From Thermosulfurimonas dismutans (GTDB lineage: Bacteria; Desulfobacterota; Thermodesulfobacteria; Thermodesulfobacteriales; Thermodesulfobacteriaceae), in NCBI RefSeq assembly GCF_001652585.1, contig NZ_LWLG01000014.1, forward strand, positions 1-32,000: a DNA stretch of 32,000 bases, written 5' to 3'. A program made the translations under genes and the position numbers. The notes beneath the pieces are model-generated. The model searched no databases and was not told the origin of the DNA. It saw only the letters and a program-made list of their open reading frames with translations. Positions within the stretch are counted from its first letter, which is position 1. Every line of letters starts with the position of its first letter. Positions 19,496 through 28,381 of this stretch are shown piece after piece.

Positions 19496-20541
19496 TGTCT
19501 CTTGTCCTTTGCGGCCCCTGCTTTTTTGAAAAGATAAATGGAGAGGTCGTTTATAGTCGGATTTTGGCCAAAGCTCTAACGGAACTTTTCCCTAAGGCCC
19601 GGGTGATATCTCTTACCCCCGAGAGACCCTCTTCACACTATGTTCCGATTTCATGCTTCCGATCTTTTAGAAGGGGCGTTCTGGGGTTGAAAAATCTTTT
19701 TGAGACTGCCAAGGGTGTCGTCTTTACCCGAACGAGTTGTTGGCCTTACGCCCTCCCGCTTTATCTCCGTAGGAAACCATATGTTTTTGTGCTTCACGGG
19801 ATTGAGGCCTGGCGTCGCTTCCCGCAGCCGGCTCGTTTTATCCTCGCGAGGGCCCAAGGCTTTCTTTCCGTAAGTCGTTATACCGCCGAGCGATTCCTTT
19901 CCGAAAATGCCTTTTCAAACCCTTGGTATCTCTTGCCTCCGGCTCTCGATCCCTATTTCAGACATCCGGGGCCTTCACCCCTTCCTGAAAATGGCCAATA
20001 TCTCATGACCGTGGCCCGTCTTGCCCGGGAGGCCCACTACAAAGGTGTGGATCTGGTTATAAGGGCCCTTCCGGAGCTCCAAAGCGAATTTCCGAATTTG
20101 CAATATGTAGTGATAGGAGGAGGGGATCTTCTTCCTCGGTATCACGAACTGGCGATCAAACTCGGAGTCTCGGATCGGGTACATTTTCTTGGAGAAAGAA
20201 AGGACGTGGCCCGATTTCTCAAGGCCGCGGAGGTCTTCGTCCTGGTAAGCAAGGGGGAGGGATTCGGGATCGTGTTCCTTGAGGCCATGTATTTTCGCAA
20301 ACCCCTTCTCGGGGCCTCGGCCGGAGGCATCCCAGAGGTAGTAAGAGATGGTGTAAACGGCTTCCTTGTGCCCTATGGAGATCTCAAGGCCTTGACCACG
20401 GCTCTAAAAAGATTATTAAGCCAGAAGGAAGAGGCTCAAAGGCTAGGCGAAGCCGGTCATCGTATCCTTACGGAAGAATATACTTACGAAACTTTCAAAA
20501 ACCGTTTGCAGAATATCTTGAGGGCTCTGACATGGGTTTGA
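19495..20541 (+). CDS. Glycosyltransferase, GT4-type (GT-B fold)
   Basis: The 348-aa ORF has the C-terminal [29 protein letters not shown] (EX7E-type motif). Its start overlaps the ribH stop (TAATG). Confidence 0.8.
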   Translation: MSLVLCGPCFFEKINGEVVYSRILAKALTELFPKARVISLTPERPSSHYVPISCFRSFRRGVLGLKNLFETAKGVVFTRTSCWPYALPLYLRRKPYVFVLHGIEAWRRFPQPARFILARAQGFLSVSRYTAERFLSENAFSNPWYLLPPALDPYFRHPGPSPLPENGQYLMTVARLAREAHYKGVDLVIRALPELQSEFPNLQYVVIGGGDLLPRYHELAIKLGVSDRVHFLGERKDVARFLKAAEVFVLVSKGEGFGIVFLEAMYFRKPLLGASAGGIPEVVRDGVNGFLVPYGDLKALTTALKRLLSQKEEAQRLGEAGHRILTEEYTYETFKNRLQNILRALTWV

Positions 20542-20948
20542 GGCATAGAGGACGGCAGATAGCGCTGCAGGTCCTATATCAGAAAGAGGTTGGGGGTATT
20601 TCCCTTGAGGAGGCCCTGTTAAATTACGAGAAGCATCTCAATCCCTCCCCGGAGGCCTTCCGTTTTGCTAGAGAGCTTACCGAGGGCGTGATCCGGCACC
20701 TGGAAAAGATTGATGAAGTCATCCAAAGGTATTCCGAGCACTGGCGCCTTGAAAGGATGTCGGTTACGGACCGAAATATCTTACGGCTGGCCACCTATGA
20801 GCTCCTTTTCAGGCCGGATATTCCGCCCAAGGTCTCCATCAATGAGGCCGTGGAGCTGGCCAAGGAGTTCGGCACCGAGGATTCGCCGGCCTTCGTGAAC
20901 GGTATTCTGGACGCCATCTATCATCACGAGGTCAAAGGTGGGCTCTGA
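20532..20948 (+). CDS. nusB: Transcription antitermination factor NusB
   Basis: The 138-aa ORF contains [11 protein letters not shown] and AFVNGILD, typical of NusB. Confidence 0.92.
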   Translation: MGLRHRGRQIALQVLYQKEVGGISLEEALLNYEKHLNPSPEAFRFARELTEGVIRHLEKIDEVIQRYSEHWRLERMSVTDRNILRLATYELLFRPDIPPKVSINEAVELAKEFGTEDSPAFVNGILDAIYHHEVKGGL

Positions 20949-21795
20949 TCCCTTTTCTCCGGAGTTCTGGAAGGCCTATCAGAAACGTTTTCACACCGAG
21001 GAGGACGAACTTTTTCTCAAGCCCGATTTCTGGGATCAAATGGCCGAGAGTTACGATGACCTTGAGGCCACTCCTTTTTACCAGGAAATGGTGGAAACTG
21101 TGATTTCAGAAATGGAAGCCGCCGGGGCCCTTGCCCCGGAGATCACTCTGCTTGATCTCTGTTGCGGAACCGGGACCTATACTGTGCGTTTCGCTCGCCG
21201 GGTAAAAGAGGTCTGGGCCCTGGATATCTCCCCCGGTATGCTTAGGGTCCTTGAGAGAAAGATTGAAGAGCAGGGCCTCAAGAACGTGAGACCGGTTTTG
21301 GCCGATTGGCGCCTCTATTCACCTCCGCGTAAGTTTGAAACCGTTTTTGTTTCCATGACCCCCATTCTCAATGACCTTGAAGAGTTCGATCGCATCCTCG
21401 GGGTCACCGAACGTTACTTGGCCATTGTCCAATGGGCCGGTCTCCGGGAAAACGACTTCTATCGGGAGATCCTGGAGCGCTTTTTTAACCGGAAGCCCCG
21501 GAAACGGGGTCCGGGAGCAGTGGTCCTTTTCAATTACCTGTTCTCCCTGGGCTATCCCGCGGAGATTCGATTTTTCTCTGGGATATGGGAGAGGGCTCGG
21601 CCGCTTGAAAAGGAGTTGAAACGCTTGCTTTTCAAGATCCGGGGTGAAGGCCTCTCCGTAGATTCCCGTAAAGAGAATGAGATCCGGACTTTTCTTTCAG
21701 AAAGGGCCCGGGACGGAAAGGTTATCTCTCACACCCGGGTGCGCATCGCCTTTGTTTTTGCGGACCTGAAGAAAGAGGCCCTTGCCTTCGCCTGA
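20938..21795 (+). CDS. Class I SAM-dependent methyltransferase (substrate unknown)
   Basis: The 285-aa ORF has motif [13 protein letters not shown] and uses a GTG start overlapping the nusB stop. Confidence 0.7.
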   Translation: MGSDPFSPEFWKAYQKRFHTEEDELFLKPDFWDQMAESYDDLEATPFYQEMVETVISEMEAAGALAPEITLLDLCCGTGTYTVRFARRVKEVWALDISPGMLRVLERKIEEQGLKNVRPVLADWRLYSPPRKFETVFVSMTPILNDLEEFDRILGVTERYLAIVQWAGLRENDFYREILERFFNRKPRKRGPGAVVLFNYLFSLGYPAEIRFFSGIWERARPLEKELKRLLFKIRGEGLSVDSRKENEIRTFLSERARDGKVISHTRVRIAFVFADLKKEALAFA

Positions 21796-21836
21796 GCCGT
21801 AATTATATATTTTTCCGGTTTCATTGGAGGTCTCCC

Positions 21837-22739
21837 ATGGTTGAGGCCCAGGGCCTCACAATGCATTACGGCCCGGTGGTGGCGGTCTCGGATCTCTCCT
21901 TCAAGGTCGATAAGGGAGAGATCCTTGGTCTTCTCGGGCCTAACGGGGCCGGCAAGACCACCATCCTCAAGATACTCTCTACCCAGATCGTGCCCACCGC
22001 CGGTACCGCTCGCATAAACGGTCTGGATGTCCTTGAACAACCGGAAAGGGTGCGTTCCCAGTTTGGTTATCTCCCAGAGAATCCGCCGCTTTATAACGAC
22101 ATGGAGGTAGAGGAATATCTTTCGTTTGTGGCTGCCGCCCGGGGACTTTCCGGGACGAAGAAGGCCTCCCGGCTCGACTGGGTGATTTCCGCCTGCGGGC
22201 TCTCTTCGGTCCTGAGAAAACCCATCGGGACCCTTTCCAAGGGGTTCCGGCAGAGGGTAGGCCTGGCCCAGGCCCTGATACATGATCCCCCCGTGCTTAT
22301 CCTAGATGAGCCCACTACCGGACTTGATCCCCTTCAGATAGCAGAGATGCGAAAACTCATCCGGGAGCTTGCTCGGGATAAGGCCGTCATCTTTTCCACC
22401 CACATCCTTCAAGAGGTGGAGGCCCTGGCTGATCGAGTGTTGATTTTGAACCAGGGGCGGATGGTGGCTTGTGGTACTCAGAAGGAGATCTACCGTCTGG
22501 TTTTCCCAAAACCGGTTTACCGCGTGGTGTTCGAGGAAAGCCCCTCTTTTGAGCTGACGCGCCTCTCCGGTATCGAGGAAGTTGTTCCGCTCTCGGATAC
22601 GGAATATCGGGTGATCTTTGAGGGGGAACCCTCGGCACTTCTATGTACTCTGTGCGATAGGGGCGCCCGGGTCCGGGAATGTTTTCGGGAAGCTCTATCC
22701 CTTGAGGAGATCTTTCTACGTCTGGTGGAGGAGTCCTGA
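21837..22739 (+). CDS. ABC transporter ATP-binding protein (ABC-2 / GldA-like)
   Basis: The ORF has Walker A GPNGAGKTT, signature LSKGFRQR and Walker B LILDEPTTGLD. Confidence 0.9.
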   Translation: MVEAQGLTMHYGPVVAVSDLSFKVDKGEILGLLGPNGAGKTTILKILSTQIVPTAGTARINGLDVLEQPERVRSQFGYLPENPPLYNDMEVEEYLSFVAAARGLSGTKKASRLDWVISACGLSSVLRKPIGTLSKGFRQRVGLAQALIHDPPVLILDEPTTGLDPLQIAEMRKLIRELARDKAVIFSTHILQEVEALADRVLILNQGRMVACGTQKEIYRLVFPKPVYRVVFEESPSFELTRLSGIEEVVPLSDTEYRVIFEGEPSALLCTLCDRGARVRECFREALSLEEIFLRLVEES

Positions 22740-25141
22740 TGCGGGGCCTTTGGGTCATCTTCCACAAGGAATTTTTTGGGTACTTTCGATCCCCCATTGC
22801 TTACATCTTCGGGGTGGTTTTCCTCCTGGTGGTAAATGGGCTTTACATGAACACCTTCTTTCTGGCCCGGGTCTGCGACATGCGGGCCTTTTTCGAGCCC
22901 TTTCCGGTGATCCTTTTGGTTTTCGCTTCTGCTCTCACCATGCGTCTCTGGGCCGAGGAAAGAAAAAGCGGGACCTTGGGGCTTCTTCTGAGTTTTCCCT
23001 CTTCGCCGTTGGCCCTGATTCTCGGCAAATTCCTGGGGACCTACCTCTTTGCCCTGACCGTCCTCTCCGGCACCCTGGTTATCCCCGTAATGCTTGCGAT
23101 TCTGGGGGATCCCGACGGGGGGGCTTTGTTTTCGGCCTATGTGGGTGCGGCCCTTCTGCTGGCCTTTTACGTAGCTCTGGGGGCCTTCCTTTCGGCCCTT
23201 TTTGAAGATCAGATCGCAGCCTTCATTCTTACCTTAGTCGGCGGGCTTGCAAGCATTCTTCTTGGAACGGATCTGGTGTCTTCTTCCATTGAGAGCTGGC
23301 TTCCAGGCTTTGGAGCCTTCCTGAGGGAGTCCCTAGGGCTTCTGCCTCACTTCAACCCCTTCGTCAAAGGCGTAGTGCCTTTAAGAGATGCTCTCTTTTT
23401 TCTGATCTACACCGCCGTCTTCTTGGTTCTTAACTACTACACCGTCTTTGGTTTCCTACGCTATTTCCGACGAAGGCTATTTTATCCCCTGACTGCGGTC
23501 TTACTGGGCTTGGCCCTGGTCTCAAACGCCCTTCTAGCCCAAGTAAGGCTCCCTCGGTTTGATTTTACCGAGGAAAGACTTTACACCATCTCACCGGTGA
23601 GTAAAAAAGTCCTAGCCCGCCTCAAGGCCCCCCTTAGGGTAACTTATTATGTGTCCTCTCCCCAAACACTTCCCCCGCCTATGAGGAACTTGTCTCTTGA
23701 GGTCAGGGCCCTCCTTGAGGAGTTTGCGGCCTTTAATCCCAAATTTCGGTTTGCGGTGGTAGATCCCACCCGTAATCCTGAATTGATTCAAAAGCTACGA
23801 AACAAAGGGGTTGAGCCCTTTGCCGTTCAAACCATCGAGCGGGACAAGGTGAGTGTTAGGCGGGTCTATAGTGCCATCGCCCTCTCTTATCTTGATAAAC
23901 CCGAAGAAGTCATCCCTCAGGTGGTTCCCGAATCTCTTTCCACCTTGGAATACGACTTAGTATCTCGGATCTACAAACTTACCCTTTCGGAAAAGCCTGT
24001 GGTGGCTATCTACAGCGGACGGAATTTTCTTGCCGGAAGCTACCGCACCGCCGAAGAGATCCTGCGCTCTCTGGGATTTGAGGTCAAAGGCACTTCCATT
24101 GACAAAGACCATTCCATTCCGGAGAAGGCGCGTCTCTTGATCCTCCTCTCTCCAGGGAAACTCAACAAGCGACAGCTTTACGAAATAGGGACTTTTCTTA
24201 ATCGTGGGGGATCGGTCCTTCTGGCCCATTCGGCAGCTATTTATTCTTACAACTCCGGACCCGAGGGAGAGATGCTGGCCACCCCCATGCCCCAGGATCT
24301 TTCCGTAAACGAACTGCTAAAGACCTACGGTCTGGAGATCGAAAAGAAGACCCTCTTTGATCTCCAGAGTGTGACCATGGCTGTTTCTCAAGAGAGGGAG
24401 ATAGGGATCTTTAAGGCCCTGGTTCGCATTCCGGTGAACTTTCCCATGCAGGTCCAGATCTTGCCGCCCCAGATGAACCGGAAACTTCCCATTATTCATG
24501 GGCTTTCGGCCCTGCTTTACCTTTGGGGGAGTCCGCTGAAGCTCGATGAGAAGATCCTCGAAAAGAAGGGCTTCAAAACGCAGGTGCTTTTTACCTCCAC
24601 TTCCCACGCCTGGGCTGAAGAGGTGGACCTAGGGTCTCTCAGCGAGAGGGATATCCAGCCTCCGAAGGAGACCTCCCGACTGCCTCTGGCGGTCCTGGTG
24701 GAGGGATGGTTTCCGCTTCCCTTTGAGGGACAGGTTCCTCCCTGGCCTGGGGAAAAAGGATCTTCCCAGGCTACGAAAGAAAAGGCTTCGGAGGAAAAGA
24801 ACGAAGCGCAAGCTCGGAGCCCTCAGAGAAGTGCTAAGCCCGGGAAACTGATGGTGGTGGGCTCCGGGGCTATGTTTGCCGATGGTATCATCGATATCTT
24901 CGACAACGCCCTCTTTTTGGCCAACGCGGCCGAGGCCTTAGGTTTGGGAGGAGAACTTCTTTCTTTACGGGCTAAGCTCAAACCCGTAAGGTATATCGCC
25001 GAGGTTTCGCCTTCGGCCAAGCTCCTATGGAAGATAGTCGTGGTCTTCGGTCCGGCCATGCTGTGGATGCTCCTCGGGATGACGGTCTTTATTCGACGCA
25101 GACGTCGCCGGATGCGTTTTGAGAGAGGGGAAGGTCTATGA
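22739..25141 (+). CDS. Fusion of an ABC-2 permease (GldF-like) with a GldG-like ABC-associated domain
   Basis: The ORF is 800 aa. The N-terminal roughly 240 aa are polytopic, with EERKSGTLGLLLSFP (ABC-2 permease). The remainder begins RLPRFDFTEERLYTISPVSKKVL...LRVTYYVS, typical of GldG. It ends in a TM helix plus an RRRRRR anchor. Confidence 0.75.
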   Translation: MRGLWVIFHKEFFGYFRSPIAYIFGVVFLLVVNGLYMNTFFLARVCDMRAFFEPFPVILLVFASALTMRLWAEERKSGTLGLLLSFPSSPLALILGKFLGTYLFALTVLSGTLVIPVMLAILGDPDGGALFSAYVGAALLLAFYVALGAFLSALFEDQIAAFILTLVGGLASILLGTDLVSSSIESWLPGFGAFLRESLGLLPHFNPFVKGVVPLRDALFFLIYTAVFLVLNYYTVFGFLRYFRRRLFYPLTAVLLGLALVSNALLAQVRLPRFDFTEERLYTISPVSKKVLARLKAPLRVTYYVSSPQTLPPPMRNLSLEVRALLEEFAAFNPKFRFAVVDPTRNPELIQKLRNKGVEPFAVQTIERDKVSVRRVYSAIALSYLDKPEEVIPQVVPESLSTLEYDLVSRIYKLTLSEKPVVAIYSGRNFLAGSYRTAEEILRSLGFEVKGTSIDKDHSIPEKARLLILLSPGKLNKRQLYEIGTFLNRGGSVLLAHSAAIYSYNSGPEGEMLATPMPQDLSVNELLKTYGLEIEKKTLFDLQSVTMAVSQEREIGIFKALVRIPVNFPMQVQILPPQMNRKLPIIHGLSALLYLWGSPLKLDEKILEKKGFKTQVLFTSTSHAWAEEVDLGSLSERDIQPPKETSRLPLAVLVEGWFPLPFEGQVPPWPGEKGSSQATKEKASEEKNEAQARSPQRSAKPGKLMVVGSGAMFADGIIDIFDNALFLANAAEALGLGGELLSLRAKLKPVRYIAEVSPSAKLLWKIVVVFGPAMLWMLLGMTVFIRRRRRRMRFERGEGL

Positions 25142-26070
25142 GTTCTAGAAATCTCTTCTTTTTGACCGGACTTCTCGTGCTTCTTTTGGTGATGTACTTT
25201 GTGGCCCAGCGTACGGTGAGCCCCCCGGGGATAAAAGAGGCCCTGCTGGTTCCCCTAGGCCAGCCTGAATGGCAGAGGGTAGATCGTCTGGAGATCTTTC
25301 TGGGTTCCGAGCCGGAAAAGAAGCTCTTCTTGGTAAAAAAGAAGACCGGCTGGGAGGTCTTAGGATCTTCTCCGGAAGAAAATTATCCCCGTCCGGCCAA
25401 AAACTCTCTCATAGATAATTTTCTATCGGACCTCAGCCAACTCTCTGGTGAGGAGAGGGTTTCGGGTAAATCCTTCTGGGAGCGATTTTTACTTACCGAT
25501 GAGAAGGCCCTGCATGTGGTGGGGTGGCGGGCGGAGCAAGAAGTTTTCCATCTATTGGTGGGCAAGAGAGGTCCTTACTGGGACAGCACCTTCGTGAGGC
25601 TTAAGGATTCGGAAAAGGTCTATCTCGTTCCCGAGAATCTCCTCGCCCGCTTTGAGATCTGGAAGGAACAACCCACGACACCCTCTGTGGACCCCTGGAT
25701 AGACAAAGAAATTCTTGTGGTTAATCTGCCGGATTTAAAAAAACTGAGCTTCGTTTGGAAAGGCAAAGTCTTGTGGCGTTTGGAGAGAGAAAAAGACCGC
25801 TGGTGGGTTGAGAAGGAAGGCCGTCGCCGAGAGGTCAACGAGGTCGAGAAAAAGTTGGGAGAGGTTTTTCCGCTTTTTGCGGAAAAGGTTTTAAGGCCCG
25901 AGACTTTCCGGAAGGAAATCGGCCGTCTAGAACTTGAGACCAAACTGGCTACCAGAGAGAGCCTTTCCTTTGGAGTTTCTTCCCAAAAAGGGCGTTATTT
26001 GGCTAAAAAGGGACCTTACGTGTACGAGCTTGGATCAGAGGTCGTGGAAAAGCTCCGAAAGCTCTTTTAG
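25138..26070 (+). CDS. DUF4340-like protein (usual partner of GldG-type ABC systems)
   Basis: The 310-aa ORF has a single N-terminal TM helix, and its start overlaps the upstream gene (ATGA). Its position after gldG matches the usual DUF4340 context. The assignment rests on context and general pattern rather than a strong motif. Confidence 0.5.
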   Translation: MSSRNLFFLTGLLVLLLVMYFVAQRTVSPPGIKEALLVPLGQPEWQRVDRLEIFLGSEPEKKLFLVKKKTGWEVLGSSPEENYPRPAKNSLIDNFLSDLSQLSGEERVSGKSFWERFLLTDEKALHVVGWRAEQEVFHLLVGKRGPYWDSTFVRLKDSEKVYLVPENLLARFEIWKEQPTTPSVDPWIDKEILVVNLPDLKKLSFVWKGKVLWRLEREKDRWWVEKEGRRREVNEVEKKLGEVFPLFAEKVLRPETFRKEIGRLELETKLATRESLSFGVSSQKGRYLAKKGPYVYELGSEVVEKLRKLF

Positions 26071-28373
26071 CGCACACAGACCGCACGGATCTGTTTGAGA
26101 TCGGTATCTCCGGCAAGTACTTTAAAGATACCGTCCTGTTTCAAGGTGTACATGCCGTTTCGCATGGCGGCCTCCCGGATCTCGTGTACAGGGGCAGCCT
26201 TAACAATGAGTTCCCGCAGTTCGTCGTTGGGGATCAAGAGTTCGTGGATGGCTATCCTTCCGCGATAGCCCGTATGGTTGCAACGGCTGCATCCCACTGA
26301 CCGATAAAGGGTAGCCTGTTTGACTTCTTCTTCGGTGAGGGGTTTTAGAGGATGTTCTCCGTACTCAAAGATGAGCTCCTCGATTTCCTTATCCGTGGGA
26401 TGGTAAGGTTTCTTGCAATCTGGGCACAAGCGTTTGGCTAGTCGCTGGGCTAAGACCCCCAAAAGGGCGTCTGCAAAATTGTAAGGATCGATTCCCATGC
26501 CTAGGAGGCGAGTAACTGTTTCCGGGGCACTGTTGGTATGGAGGGTGGAGAAAACCAAGTGTCCGGTAAGCGAAGCCTCGATGAGGGTGTGGGCCGTTTC
26601 TTCGTCTCGGGTCTCACCGATCATGATGATGTCTGGGTCTGCTCGTAGGAAGGCCCTGAGCACCCTGGCAAAGGTCAACCCGATTTTGGGTTTTACCTGG
26701 ACCTGTCTCAGCCCCTCTTGCACGATTTCTACCGGATCTTCAGCGGTCCAGATTTTCTTGTTGGGCCGATTAATATAGTGAAGGGCGGCGTGCAGGGTGG
26801 TGGTTTTACCGGATCCGGTAGGTCCTACTACTAAGATCAGGCCGTAGGGCATTTCCAGCAACTTCTTGAATTGTTCCATGACCTCCGGCCGGAGACCTAT
26901 TTCCTCAAGGGTTCGGGCCTGGACTCCTCCCAGGATCCGCATGACCACGTCTTCGTTGTTTTCGATGGTAGGCAGAGTGGCCACTCGGACCTCAAAGACC
27001 TTCCCTGTCCGGGTACGGAACTTGATCTTTCCATCCTGAGGAAGTCGTTTTTCGGCAATGTCTAGCCCGGCCATAATCTTGTAACGGGAAATAAGTGGTC
27101 TTTTCAAAGAATAAGGGACCATTTGGAAGGGAATGCATTCCCCGTCTATGCGAAACCTTATCTGTGCTCCCCGCCGCCCTGTGAGACTTTCGATGTGGAT
27201 ATCGGAGGCCCCGCGATTATAGGCCTCTTCAAGGATATAGTTGGCCAACTGGACCACCACACTTTCCTGATCCTCTGGAAGGGGCTCTTCTTCTTCGTGA
27301 GCCTCTTCTTCCTCAATGAGCTCTAACTCAGGGGCTTCTGGCGGCTGAAATGTAAGCTTTCCATAATAGAGATCGATTAGTTTTAAAATATCTTCTCTTA
27401 TGCCTACTGCGACTTCAAATTCTTTCAAATTTAGAATCTTTTTGGCCTGTTCGATTTGATCCAGATTAAAAGGATCTTCCGTAAGGAGGAAGATTTTTCC
27501 TTCTTCCTCCAGCGGAGCGATCAAAGTTTGACGAAGAAAGTTTTCCTTGACGCCTTCCAGGCACTTAGGTTTTATTACGATCTTATCGTCTGATATTTCT
27601 ATAAACGGACAGTTGTAGAACCTGGATAGGGCTTCTCCAATTTTATCTTTAGAAATGTGGAATTTCTCTATGAGTACGCTTTCTATACTGCTATTAGTTT
27701 CCTTGGCTATTTCTGCCGCTTCCTGACAAATAGAAGGAGTAATTATTCGCTCTTTAAGGAGAAATTTTAATCTTCTACAATTGGTAGTAATATTTTTTAA
27801 ATATTCTATCTTTTCTTGAATGGTATCCTTTTCTTCTACTTCATTGGCCAATTGAATATATAATCTTAGAGCTTCATCAAATTCGTAGGCCTTCTCAAGG
27901 TATTCCGCTAACAATTTTTTGAGATTTAATATATCTAATTTATTTTCTGCCGTCGCCGGGATTTCTTTTAAAGCCTGCCTTATAATATGGGCAGCCCTTT
28001 CAAATTGTCCTATATTTCCTAGACATTCAGCCAAATTTTTGTATACCTCTAAAGTTTTAAAGCCCTCTTCCAATAATTCTTCCAGAATTTTAATGGCCTG
28101 TTGGTAAAAGGCTCCATCTTTTAAAATCAAAGCTTTTTTGAGTCGTTCTTCCTGTGGGGTCTCCTCCAAAACCTCCTCGGAAACTATGCCTTTGAAGGCC
28201 TCTAGTTCGAAGATCCTTTTCTGGATCTCTTTTTTGAGTTCGTCTTGCTCTTCTGAAACCAGATTCTTAAGTTCACGGTATAGTTCTAGAGCTTCATCCA
28301 CTAGCCCCTGCTTGGCATATAGCTCAGCCTCTTTTAATTTGTTTTCTATGTAGGCTTTGATATCAGTATCCAT
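26067..28373 (-). CDS. PilB/GspE-class secretion ATPase with an N-terminal TPR-like extension and a T2SSE_N-like domain
   Basis: The ORF is 768 aa. The C-terminal core has GASDIHIE, Walker A GPTGSGKTTT, the Asp/His boxes and the tetracysteine CPDC...CSRC, which is typical of assembly ATPases (PilB/GspE) and not of PilT. Residues 1 to about 200 form about four TPR-like helix pairs (e.g. AELYAKQGLVDEALELYRELKNL and VYKNLAECLGNIGQFERAAHIIRQALKE). Residues about 205-290 resemble a GspE N-terminal domain (...IEKFHISKDKIGEALSRFYNCPFIEI). An acidic linker EEEEAHEEEEPLPEDQE follows. Confidence 0.85.
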   Translation of the reverse strand: MDTDIKAYIENKLKEAELYAKQGLVDEALELYRELKNLVSEEQDELKKEIQKRIFELEAFKGIVSEEVLEETPQEERLKKALILKDGAFYQQAIKILEELLEEGFKTLEVYKNLAECLGNIGQFERAAHIIRQALKEIPATAENKLDILNLKKLLAEYLEKAYEFDEALRLYIQLANEVEEKDTIQEKIEYLKNITTNCRRLKFLLKERIITPSICQEAAEIAKETNSSIESVLIEKFHISKDKIGEALSRFYNCPFIEISDDKIVIKPKCLEGVKENFLRQTLIAPLEEEGKIFLLTEDPFNLDQIEQAKKILNLKEFEVAVGIREDILKLIDLYYGKLTFQPPEAPELELIEEEEAHEEEEPLPEDQESVVVQLANYILEEAYNRGASDIHIESLTGRRGAQIRFRIDGECIPFQMVPYSLKRPLISRYKIMAGLDIAEKRLPQDGKIKFRTRTGKVFEVRVATLPTIENNEDVVMRILGGVQARTLEEIGLRPEVMEQFKKLLEMPYGLILVVGPTGSGKTTTLHAALHYINRPNKKIWTAEDPVEIVQEGLRQVQVKPKIGLTFARVLRAFLRADPDIIMIGETRDEETAHTLIEASLTGHLVFSTLHTNSAPETVTRLLGMGIDPYNFADALLGVLAQRLAKRLCPDCKKPYHPTDKEIEELIFEYGEHPLKPLTEEEVKQATLYRSVGCSRCNHTGYRGRIAIHELLIPNDELRELIVKAAPVHEIREAAMRNGMYTLKQDGIFKVLAGDTDLKQIRAVCVR

Positions 28374-28381
28374 CTTTTAGC

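Noticed and set aside
27504-27773. c-di-GMP-binding MshEN motif in the ATPase N-terminal domain
   Set aside because: The candidate stretch RLKFLLKERIITPSICQEAAEIAKE lacks both conserved glycines and the terminal Gln spacing of the RLGxxLLxxGLIxxxxLxxxLxxQ motif. I did not claim c-di-GMP binding.
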